Positions 1-9,445 of a DNA stretch of 20,000 nt are shown here, in pieces. The stretch covers positions 106,242 through 126,241 of the forward strand of contig JALAGF010001205.1 of the NCBI GenBank assembly GCA_030167865.1. The letters are read 5' to 3'. The first letter of the stretch is position 1; each line of letters opens with the position of its first letter. The position numbers and the translations under genes were made by a program. The notes under the pieces were generated by a model. The model was not told where the DNA came from. It saw only the letters and a program-made list of their open reading frames with translations, and made no database searches. Source of the stretch: Craspedostauros australis (taxonomy: Eukaryota).

Positions 1-213
1 GGTGAAGGAGCCGGACCGGACCGAGGTTGCTGACATGGCGTTGGTCTTGCTGCGGTGCTGGCCTTCGCGCATCAGCGAACGGAACGCGGCTGGATCACCG
101 GTGAGATGGCCGGATCCTGCGCTCGCATCAAGCACATTGTACTTTTTGGAATGGTGCTCGGAGGCGCCGCGCGGGGTGTGCTCCACAGCGTGGGTGGATG
201 TGCAGTTTCCCAT
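1..213 (-). CDS. 5' part of an unknown protein with an N-myristoylation/palmitoylation-type N-terminus (truncated by the window edge)
   Basis: ATG at 213-211 opens a stop-free frame to base 1: MGNCTSTHAVEHTPRGASEHHSKKYNVLDASAGSGHLTGDPAAFRSLMREGQHRSKTNAMSATSVRSGSFT... It has Gly2, Cys4 and Ser6 (MGxxxS consensus). The C/A-rich leader (acaagcaagATG) resembles those of the other genes here. It is missing from the ORF track because no stop lies in the window. Confidence 0.7.
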   Translation of the reverse strand, partial: MGNCTSTHAVEHTPRGASEHHSKKYNVLDASAGSGHLTGDPAAFRSLMREGQHRSKTNAMSATSVRSGSFT

Positions 214-1280
214 CTTGCTTGTGTGCTGTCGTTGCTTGTATTTGTGATCCCGTGTTTGCGGAGTGTATGGAAGGGATGGTGATGTGCGAGCACGAGAAGG
301 TGTGAACAAATCTGGCGATAGACCGATTTGTGGTTTAAAGGGTGGGTTGGTGTTGACACTGTTCCGCACGAGCACGAGTGGGGCCGTTCTGATCCTGGCT
401 GAAGTCGTTACCTGTCGCTGCGACCAACGAGCTCTGACAAACGCTCAGAAATCCACGGCATCGCACTCCTTCTGTTTGGAATCGACAACAACAGTAGGTC
501 GCACAGCACCGGTGCAGCAACAGCGACGTACCTGTTTCTCCCATCAAGGTCGCCACGGAGAGAGAGGTAGGCGTCAAAGAACCAGATCCGCAAAACCAGA
601 ACCGCGACCCCCCACTGACGTGAGAAACAAACCCCTCGCGTTGCCATCACCACGAAAACAGAGGGAGGTTCATCAGTGTGGCGGTTCTCCTATCGATTCT
701 TTCGCACTTCAACCACACGAAGAAGAGGGGAGTCCGTCCCATGGCTCCTTTTGCTCCCACGCAACCTCGTGAAAGGGCGCCAGCGCGAGTGAAGAGTGCT
801 TCGCACCCCACAGGAACAATCCCACCGCGTTGCTACCCATCATGTCCCTGTCGTTGCCGTTTCTCCTCGATCGTGGTTGACAAAAACCAAAAATGGGAAC
901 GACAAATCGTATCTTTTCTGAACGAACGCGAACGTATGTCTCGATAATGTCGTATGCGACAGGCAGCCGTCCGTCCGTGCGGCGCACGTTTGGATGCAAA
1001 CACACAACATCTCCAGGTTTGAGAATCCATTTCCAACCACAATCATGATCGCTGGCGGCTGCTGCGAACACGTGTGCACGTTCGCACACAAGGCAGAACG
1101 ACGAGACCACGCGAATCCACAGCTCTCGTGGATCTTTCGTTGACATCGTCACACAAACACAAACAGAGCACTCCTGAGGATTCGTTGCTATTCGTAACAC
1201 CCAGAGATCCCATTTGACGAGCATCCATCCCTCCATCCAGCAGGACAACAGGACAACAAGGCAAACAAGCAAATCGAAAG

Positions 1281-3708
1281 ATGGCAGGTGACGGCAAGAA
1301 AGGAGGCGCAGAAGCGAAGCCAGCACGAGAATGGACACCCGAATTGCAGGCCGACTTTGATCGAATCCTGAGCGTGGGCGAGGAATGCATCTCGGCCGAT
1401 TCGCTGAAGAAGCTGCTGCTGGCCAAAGGACGCGGGTCGGAGAACCAGCACGGCATCAACTTGTACGATGGATTCGAACCCAGCGGCCGCATGCACATCG
1501 CGCAGGGCGTCTTCAAGGCCGTCAACGTCAACAAGTGCACTGCGGAGGGCAGCAACACCACCTTCATCTTCTGGGTGGCCGATTGGTTCGCGCTCATGAA
1601 CGACAAGATGGGCGGCGATCTGGACAAGATCAAGACGGTCGGTCTCTACCTCATGGAGGTCTGGAAGGCGGCCGGCATGAACCTCTCGCACGTCGTCTTC
1701 AAGTGGAGCTCAGAGGAGATCACCAACAATGCGGACGCCTACTGGCCCAAGATGCTCGACATCGCGCGTCGGTTCAACATCACGCGCATCAAGAAGTGCT
1801 GCCAGATCATGGGGCGGTTGGAGGGATCCCTCACCGCGGCGCAGATCCTCTACCCCATCATGCAGTGCACCGACGTCTTCTTCCTCAGGGCGGACATCTG
1901 CCAGCTGGGTGTCGACCAGCGCAAGGTCAACATGCTGGCCCGTGACTACTGCGATGCTGCCAAGCAAAAGAACAAGCCCGTCATCCTCAGCCATCACATG
2001 CTCTACGGGCTCAAGGCGGGTCAGGAGAAGATGTCCAAGTCCGATCCTGATTCCGCCGTCTTCATGGAGGACTCGGCGGAAGATGTGGAGCGCAAGATCA
2101 TGAATGCCTACTGCCCCACCGAGCCTCAGAAGAAGACGGAGGACAAGGCCGCCGCGGGCGATGCCGGCAAGGAGTCCATGCACCTCACGGAGGACACGCT
2201 CAAGAATCCATGCTTGGATTACATCGAGAACATCATCTTTGCCCCGCCAGGTGCCACCTTCACTATCGGGGACACCACCTACACTGAATACGCGACCGTC
2301 AAGGAGAAGTTCATCGCAGGCGATATTCCGGAGGAGGACCTGAAGCGTGCTTTGATCCGGGAGCTCAACGTGTTGCTGGCACCAGTGCGCGATCACTTCA
2401 CCAACGACGAGAATGCGAAGAATCTGCTTGCGCTCGTGCAGAAGTACAAGAAGGAAGCCATGCCGAAGGACAAGGCCATCCAGCGCCTGAATTTGGTCGC
2501 CCTGAACAAGGTGCAAGCGCAGAGCCATGTTGTCTTCGCACCCTTGCCATCCTCCAATCAAACCCTGCAGGATGCCGTGGAGACGCTCAAGTTGCTGCAC
2601 GAATCCAACGACAAGCCATGCGTCCTCTACCTGTCGGACTGGTCCGCCATTGTGCGCAACGCCTGCGGGTCGGAACCAAAGCACATCAACGCATCCTACT
2701 CCATCTTCCTCAGCGCATTGAAGGCCCTCGATCCAGCTAAGATGGAGAATGTCGCGATCCTGAAGCAAAGCGAAGCCATCCTGGCCGATCCCTCCAATTA
2801 CTGGATCAGCGTCATCAACGTCGGCAGACACTTCATGCTCAACGACGTCATGGGTTCCGCAATGAAGGATTCCGACAACGCCGGCATCGTCGTGGCGCGC
2901 TTGATGCAGGTCGCCGACGCGGCTGGATTGGAAGCCTCCAGCATCGCCATGATCGAAGGCGATGAGACCACGGTCATGCAGGATCTCATCACCAAGTTCT
3001 TTGATGCCAAATTGACAGGCGTGACCAAGCCGGAAATTTCTGTCGTCCAAGCCACCTCCCTCGTCTTGCAGCAGAGAGAATCGGAGGCCCACAAGCAGGA
3101 CAATGATGAGTACTTTCTTCTGGATGATCCCAAGGTACGTTTGCGTTTGCTCTTATTTTTGTTTGGCCGTGTGCACGTGTGCGTGCTGTTGAGCTAGCTA
3201 TCCGTACCGCATTGGTTTAGATCCGTGTCATACGCACATCTCACCCTCTGCGATTCTCACAAACGCGCTTTTACCTTTTCATTTCCATCCGATGTAAACC
3301 AATCCAATTCAATGTTTTATTCGTCATCCATGTCCCATCCAATGCAACGCACAGGCCCACGGCAAGTCCAAACTCAAAAAGGCCTTCTGCGAACCAGGCA
3401 ACATTGGATTCTGCCCACCCATCACCCTGGCCTCCACCTTCTTCTTTGACTTGGCCAAATCCGAGATGAAGATTTCACGTTCCGAAGCGGATGGAGGGGA
3501 AATCGTGTTCCGCACCAAGGCCGAGATCGAGGCCGCATTCGCCAATGAATCGGTGCATCCAGGTGATCTGAAGGCCGCCGTGATGGGACTGATGGTGGAG
3601 ACCATCACCAAGATATCGACCGCCATCAAGGCCGAACCAGACCTGGTCAAGGCATCGAAGGCAATGAAGACGTTGCACAAGAATTTGATGAAGCGCAAGA
3701 AGAAATAG
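1281..3708 (+). CDS. YARS: Tyrosyl-tRNA synthetase, cytosolic/archaeal type, double-length pseudo-dimer; exons 1281-3134 and 3355-3708, 735 aa
   Basis: YDGFEPSGRMHIAQG (HIGH equivalent), ADWFA, YPIMQCTD, QLGVDQRK and KMSKS (2028-2042) in the N-half, followed by a degenerate second copy. A phase-0 splice AAG|gtacgt...cag|GCC joins the frames to give LLDDPK-AHGKSKLKKAFCEPGN, the typical start of the anticodon-binding domain. Confidence 0.95.
3135..3354 (+). other. Spliceosomal intron of TyrRS (220 nt, phase 0)
   Basis: gtacgt donor and gcacag acceptor; removal restores the frame and the KKAFCEPGN motif. Confidence 0.9.
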
Positions 3709-3832
3709 AGCGGAGCGGACGGAGTTCGCTCTGCTCTTATCTACCACATTGACTGTTCGAGTATGTACCGAATCATACTAGAGTATTGTATTGCGCTGTA
3801 TCACACAGTATTCTACACTATTATACGTTCTA

Positions 3833-5245
3833 CTATCTCTGTTGCTCATTGCCCTTGTTGTTGTTATTGCTTTCCAGCCATTTCTGATGCCGTTTCGTGG
3901 CGACATGATTGCGATAGCTGGCCGCACCTTTCGCTGTGGTTTGTGGATAGTACGAACCGCCACACCCGCACTTAACTTTGGCTGGTGTGTAACCATTGGC
4001 CATTACACGCCGTCCACCGGCCTTGTGAATCTGTCCCGCCATGGCACTGGTCGGTATCTGCTTCACATCAGGAGTTGCTGTTGCTGTTGTTGCCGCTGTC
4101 GTCGTCGTCGTCGTTGGGTATGTATTAAGTGCGGTGGTGGTGAAGTCGTTGCGATTGGCGACGGGATACTGCGGTGCTGCCGCGACGGCGGGTGGCGGGG
4201 GCAAGGGCGTCGGTACGATCGGCGTGACGGATGACGGAAAACCCAGTGTGAGGTGCCTGTAATCTGATAGCTGCGGATACTGTGCGACACCGACAGGTGC
4301 CGGAGATTGCATGGGCAGTTGCAGACGATTGTTGGCGAGGAGAGTGCGGTTGATATGCATGCTGGCGGTGTTGATGTCGTTGAAGTAGTTGTTGCGGCTG
4401 TTGCGAATGGCTCGGAGATGGGCTTCGAATTCCCGGACGAGGTAGAAGTACTTCTCCTTGGAACCTTCCTGACGTAGAATGGCGTACCGCGTCCGCGCCA
4501 GAGCAGCGTTGACCTCAGCTCCGATACCGTGCTTGTTCTTGAGACCGGCCTTGGTGAGGATCTCCATGTCCGGGCAGTTGTTGGTGGGAAGGATGGATGC
4601 CGTCTTGCCGCAAAAGACGTGAAGGGAGATGTCTTCCGAAAAGCTGACGACCGTGGGAGCCACGACGAGCGTTGCGGCATCCTGCTCCACCGGCAGGAAC
4701 CGCAGCATGGGTCTGTTGTGCTGCGGGCCCACGCCGCAAATTCGACACCGATGTATGGGCTGCTCCAGCTGCTGTTGCTGCTGCGATATCGCGTCCTGTT
4801 CGGCCACTGCTTGTGCGGCCTCTTCCGCCGCTGCCGCGATTTCGTCGCTGTCGTCGACGTCGTTTTCTGGCGGTGTATCATTGAGACTGTCGGAGAGGCT
4901 AGGGTTGGTGATGGCGCTGTTGATGGCGCTGTTGATCGTGCTGTTGATGTTGCTGAGTGTGCTGATGTTTCCATTGATGTTACCGAGAGCGATGTTGTTG
5001 ATACCATTGATGTTACTGATATTGCCGATTCCATTGATGGTGTTGATGGTGTTGATGCCGCTGATGGTGTTGATGTTACCGAGTGCACTGATGTTGCCGT
5101 TCATTCCGTTGATGGTGTTGATGCCATTCATTGCGTTGAGACCACTCATTCCGTGAATGTTGCTGATAGTATTGATGCTTGTGCTATTGCTGCTGGTGCT
5201 GTCACTGTTCCCACTTGCCTGCAGGTCTGTCCCAGGGTTGCTCAT
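3833..5245 (-). CDS. Uncharacterised 470-aa protein: Asn/Ile/Gly tripeptide repeat, CxxC...HxxC module, Pro/Thr-rich linker, C-terminal CxC-x18-H-x5-H zinc finger
   Basis: Long uninterrupted ATG ORF with a good start context (acaATG). Putative metal ligands are C167/C170/H209/C212 and C426/C428/H447/H453. It is convergent with TyrRS, with 124 nt between the stops. Confidence 0.85.
   Translation of the reverse strand: MSNPGTDLQASGNSDSTSSNSTSINTISNIHGMSGLNAMNGINTINGMNGNISALGNINTISGINTINTINGIGNISNINGINNIALGNINGNISTLSNINSTINSAINSAITNPSLSDSLNDTPPENDVDDSDEIAAAAEEAAQAVAEQDAISQQQQQLEQPIHRCRICGVGPQHNRPMLRFLPVEQDAATLVVAPTVVSFSEDISLHVFCGKTASILPTNNCPDMEILTKAGLKNKHGIGAEVNAALARTRYAILRQEGSKEKYFYLVREFEAHLRAIRNSRNNYFNDINTASMHINRTLLANNRLQLPMQSPAPVGVAQYPQLSDYRHLTLGFPSSVTPIVPTPLPPPPAVAAAPQYPVANRNDFTTTALNTYPTTTTTTAATTATATPDVKQIPTSAMAGQIHKAGGRRVMANGYTPAKVKCGCGGSYYPQTTAKGAASYRNHVATKRHQKWLESNNNNKGNEQQR
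4904..5176 (-). repeat. Degenerate 9-bp coding tandem repeat (ATCAACRSC-like) encoding [ILM]-[NSG]-[GTN] tripeptides
   Basis: The + strand shows recurring gttgatggt/gttgatgtt/attgatgtt units; the protein reads INTINGMNG...INTISGINTINTINGIGNISNING. Confidence 0.85.
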
Positions 5246-5753
5246 TGTCTTCTCGTGTGGCTTGCTGTGTTGTGTTGCCTTGCGTTGAGTGAAGATAATA
5301 TATGCGGGCGTTCACTCGCTTTGCAGAACGCCGCTCTGTTGCTCTTGGCTTGACGCAATTGCGCTGTACAGCCGTGAGCACAAGGTTGAGGATGGACACG
5401 ACCGTCGGCGGCAGTTGTGACGATACCGTTGCTGGAGTTGCAGTGAACCACACGGCACGATGGAGCACAATACGATTGGCCTCTTTGGCTTGGCACGTTT
5501 GATGGGTTGGTCGTCCGTTCCACAGAAACGAATGATCCTCCGTGATTGCCCACGCGCTTCAGTCTTGTATGGTACGAGTGTGGTGCGTGCGGCGCAAGTG
5601 CGAGCATAGAATGAATGTGCTCGTGTGGTACGACTATTCTGGTGCTCTGTGATTCGGTTCCGTTCGCTGATTTGCTTCAGTGTCCTTCCGCCTCGCAGTA
5701 TAAGAATCTGAGATGCTGTGTCATGTGGAGTGATGCGTTGCAGTATGGCCTTG

Positions 5754-5789
5754 CCTTGTGTTGCCCCTTGTGCTGCCCCTTGTGTTGCG
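5754..5789. repeat. 12-bp tandem repeat, 3 copies (CCTTGTGYTGCS)
   Basis: ccttgtgttgcc ccttgtgctgcc ccttgtgttgcg. Confidence 0.75.
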
Positions 5790-7008
5790 CTGTGCCAAAT
5801 CACGTCACTGTTCTGATTTCCCTCGCTCTTTTGGATGATGATGCTTGTCTCCCCCTTTGCCTTGCCTTGTCGTTGTTGGTGTTGTTCCGGTTGTTCTCGC
5901 CGCTGCGGAATGAGCCTCGTCACGCAGTGTTGCCGTCGTCGTGACGGTCGTCGTCGGAAGTGGCGCGGTTGATGTTCTCTTGTGCGAAGAGCGTGTTGGC
6001 CATTTTTCGAACGAAATTCTTTGATGTGTTTGTTCTTTGTCCGAGAATTGTCGTGGCGCTGTTGCTGCTATGTCTCGTTTGTCGATGCTTTGTGGTTCAA
6101 GCAAAATTATTCAACCTCCCGAGGGATGGTACAGCACAGATGTGGTGACAAACAAGGTCGCACAGACCACGAGGACGATCTACAGCAGCAATTGAAGAAG
6201 GCAGCGATCCCTAACATCTGAGTCACCTGAAGCTTGATAGAGCGCATGATACGTAGTGCTTCATGCAATACCATACTGTCCATCTCAAGCCTACATACAG
6301 CCACTTAAACTTGGAGCACTATGAACATAGTACCATGCAACATTCATGGCACGCATGTGGACCATCCTGTCTATAGGTTCAACGATAGCATAACGCTCTG
6401 TTCCAAAGAGTATTCAAAGCAACGAGCGACGCCGTATCAGCGCCATCCATCAACCGCCAATAATACAAGAACCAATCGGAGACAACATCAAACTCCAACC
6501 CCATCTCCATCGCGGCTCGTCAGCATCATGAACCGACAAGCACCGACTATCAAAGAGCACACAATCCAGGGTGTCGGTAGATTCCCACGTACTATTCCAT
6601 TCTATGATATTTATATGTTCAACCATTGGAATCAATCGCTCATTGCTTCTGCCGCCACGCAACGCGAAACGATGAAATTCTGCGCAAGTCTCTACTCTCG
6701 CGATTGTTGAATTAATCATCATCTTATCCGTCTGTATAACGCCCGTTCATCAACACAACAAGCCAAAATCGCACACAAGACACAATCGCGGCGCAGTATT
6801 CGGCCTCCGAAGAGATCGATCCATCGCGCAGATCGGCCACACGAAGCACACTGTCAGCAATTGATTCTGTTGCCCATCCCCATTCCCATCACTCGCTCGC
6901 TCGACAATCATTTCTCTCTACCAGTAGAGATTCACCGCGCCCGAGAACCAACAATCATAGCCTCAAACAGATCAATTCCAAGCCCCGACCACATCCGCAA
7001 CCACCACA

Positions 7009-7533
7009 ATGAAAAAGCGCATCGCCTTCCGCAAACTCGGCCGCACATCGTCCCACAAATGGAGCATGATGCGCAACATGGTCTCCTCGTTGATCGAGCA
7101 CGAGCGCATCGTCACGACCGTGGCCAAGGCCAAGGAGGTGCAGAGCCTCGCGGAGCAGATGATCACGCTGGGCAAGAAGCAGAACGATCTGCACAGCCTG
7201 CGTCAGGCAGCACGCTTCGTGCGTGGCGACACGACCCTCACCAAGCTCTTCAACGTGCTGGGTCCGCGGTATCAGCTGCGCGAGGGGGGTTACACGCGCA
7301 TCATGAAGCTCGCCAAGCCACGACGCGGCGACAATGCGCCCATGGCCGTCATCGAGTACGTCGATCGGCCCGGTGAGATCCGCGCCGCGCGTCCGCCGGC
7401 CAAGCTGCAGCAGCAACTGCGGGAATCCGGCATCGCGACGGCGTTGCGGGAGGTTGGCATCGCAAGTCCAGAGGAGCTGGTGGGCGAAGAAGGTGTGAAG
7501 GAAATCAAGGAAGAATTGGAGGCCAGCAAGTGA
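7009..7533 (+). CDS. rplQ: Large-subunit ribosomal protein bL17, probably mitochondrial (174 aa)
   Basis: RKLGRTSSHKWSMMRNMVSSLIEHERIVTTVAKAKE and RxGGYTRIMKL...RRGDNAPMAVIEYV are bL17 signatures. There is no signal peptide, so it is not plastid-targeted in a secondary-plastid alga. Confidence 0.96.
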   Translation: MKKRIAFRKLGRTSSHKWSMMRNMVSSLIEHERIVTTVAKAKEVQSLAEQMITLGKKQNDLHSLRQAARFVRGDTTLTKLFNVLGPRYQLREGGYTRIMKLAKPRRGDNAPMAVIEYVDRPGEIRAARPPAKLQQQLRESGIATALREVGIASPEELVGEEGVKEIKEELEASK

Positions 7534-7549
7534 GCAGGATGTGATGCTC

Positions 7550-7563
7550 GAGAGAGAGAGAGA
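7550..7563. repeat. (GA)7 microsatellite in the L17 3' region
   Basis: gagagagagagaga 16 nt after the stop. Confidence 0.8.
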
Positions 7564-8232
7564 GTCCGTTGGAATACGAAGAATGGCGCACTGATTCCCT
7601 GCTAGAATGCGGTGCGATGTTGATTGCACAAGCGTATACTAGCACGTATCTGGAGCACGAAGCAAGAAAGGAATGGAGTTCAAGAAAGAGGTGAAGGTTG
7701 GAAAGGAGAGAAGAGGAGGAAGATAGAGAACAGAATGATGGCTACTATTAAATAATATGTCGCTCTCTCGGATGGGTCAATCAGGAGCATACTCAAACTC
7801 CAGTCATGGAAGAATAGACAACAAGATCAGCAGCTGAAGGCACTTCGCACGAGCAGTTCAACTTTGACATTTCTATCGCAGTGACCACTGCGTTCTACGA
7901 GTATGTGTGCCATCTGAAGACGACGAGTAAATGGACCTTGAGATTCGTTGATCTGAGTTTCTTGATGGATCGATGTATCGCTTGGTTGGTGCCTTGCGTG
8001 CGACGCTGAGTGCTGATGCAGCAACGCAGCCTCCAAATTCCCCCTGGCCACCACGCAAACGGAACTCCATGCCACAAAAGGATCTGGCTCTCTTTCCCAA
8101 TTCTATCCAGTCTCCTTTCCAACCACCGCACTGAATGTTGAACCGGACGGTCCCAATGGCTCCTCCCATTGCAATGCAACAGCGATGCTTGAGTACTGGC
8201 ACTAGTATGCTCCAGAGTATACTACTATCCCA

Positions 8233-8742
8233 TCAACGCCGCATGCCCATCGTCTCCACAACTTGCTTCACCAGCACATCCACGACCGTCTTGAACATGT
8301 CCGTATCTTCCTGCCGTTCCTTGCGCAACGAAATGGCCAACAACACTTCCAGAAATTCCGTCCGCTGATGATGCGGCAGCAGCAACTGCGTCAACCGCCG
8401 CGCGTACAGACCCAGCATGCCATCTTCGCGTGCGCCCAGCACATTTGTGACTGTGAATTCCACGCGTTGATCGACGGGGTTGGTCTGTGCATGGCATTGC
8501 ACGTAGTTCCCCACGCGTCCGCCCTCCATCTGGCTCACGCCCACGACAATGCGATCGCCGTACAGCTCCACCCAGACGTCGGTTGGGATATCGAAGATGG
8601 CGTACGAACGGATCGTGGTCGTGGGCAACGACGCCGGCGATGGGCGGATGTCGAATGTGGGCGTGGCAGCTGCGGATGTGTTCGTCTTGGAGGCATCGTC
8701 CAGATGGGTTGTGGAGAGACTCTCCGTGATGGATTCAGCCAT
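8233..8742 (-). CDS. PSMG3: Proteasome assembly chaperone 3 (PAC3/PSMG3)-like, 169 aa
   Basis: IPTDVWVELYGDRIVVGVSQ..GRVGN, FTVTNVLGAREDGMLGLYARRL and LLAISLR match the PAC3 pattern (PTQVVC..F...ILVVVTQ.GKMG / TKVLLG.DE.L..FA+.L / VLLAVA+K) by eye. Confidence 0.8.
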   Translation of the reverse strand: MAESITESLSTTHLDDASKTNTSAAATPTFDIRPSPASLPTTTIRSYAIFDIPTDVWVELYGDRIVVGVSQMEGGRVGNYVQCHAQTNPVDQRVEFTVTNVLGAREDGMLGLYARRLTQLLLPHHQRTEFLEVLLAISLRKERQEDTDMFKTVVDVLVKQVVETMGMRR

Positions 8743-8752
8743 GATGTACGGT

Positions 8753-8792
8753 GTGTCGTTGTGTCGTTGGGTCGTTGTGTCGTTGTGTCGTT
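8753..8792. repeat. 8-bp tandem repeat, 5 copies (GTGTCGTT; AACGACAC on the gene's sense strand), 10 nt upstream of the PAC3 ATG
   Basis: gtgtcgtt gtgtcgtt gggtcgtt gtgtcgtt gtgtcgtt. Confidence 0.85.
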
Positions 8793-9445
8793 GAGTGCGT
8801 TGGGAGAGTCAAATGAGGTCGTATGTGAGGCAGGATGATAGTACTCGTACGACTACGCTGAGGTCCCCGTGCGTATGTGTCAGGACTCTGGTCGTTGCCA
8901 GATGTGGAGGGAGGAGAACGTGAGTGTTGCGTTGTGTTATGCGCTGTGCTGTGTTGCTTGGTGACTTCTCCTCTTGTTCCGTCCGACCAACGAAGGAGAA
9001 CAACGACGAAGAGCAACGAAAAAGTGACGATTTCAGAATTATGGTATTGAAAAATATGGTTGTCTCTTTCCATGTGTTTGAAGGTGCCTTTTTGGGACCA
9101 ATTTCGACTACTTTTATTACAATAGTAGTAGGAGGTTGAACCAACGAACGAATCTCATTCGTACTGACGATCACAGCACAAACAAAAAGATGACAACAAA
9201 CATCACATCACATCACATCAACGCCATCAAACGCTTCAACGGACGGCGACGGAACAGACATCAAGCCTCCCTGTGCAACTTCCAATCCACCATCTTTCGA
9301 TTGAGCATACACCACCGCACCAATACATCATCCATCATCCATCATCGCCACTGCACCACCGCTGTACCAACGCGAACACCCTCAAAGAACAACATCAGAT
9401 TAGATAGCACAGAGCACGGGCCGACGTGAGCAAAGGGATAGAAAA

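Noticed and set aside
616..621. Single TGACGT sites (also 5802 and 16549) as aureochrome elements
   Set aside because: An isolated hexamer is expected by chance every few kb.
263..1280. Several 70-210 aa ORFs upstream of TyrRS
   Set aside because: No motifs or coding-like composition; consistent with a divergent promoter and UTRs.
1710..3092. 460-aa antisense ORF inside TyrRS (likewise 12563-13549, 10205-10933 and 6955-7629)
   Set aside because: Shadow ORFs of GC3-rich coding sequence on the opposite strand, with no recognisable motifs.
3135..3197. C-terminus VRLRLLLFLFGRVHVCVLLS of the 638-aa ORF, resembling a membrane anchor
   Set aside because: This is read-through into the intron; splicing at 3134 restores conserved TyrRS sequence.
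4063..5353. Overlapping long ORFs (4063-5088, 4529-5353, 4629-5156)
   Set aside because: Alternative-frame readings of the 9-bp repeat in the 470-aa gene.
5312..5944. 203-aa minus-strand and Cys-rich plus-strand ORFs
   Set aside because: By-products of GT/CA skew and the 12-bp repeat, with no domain signal.
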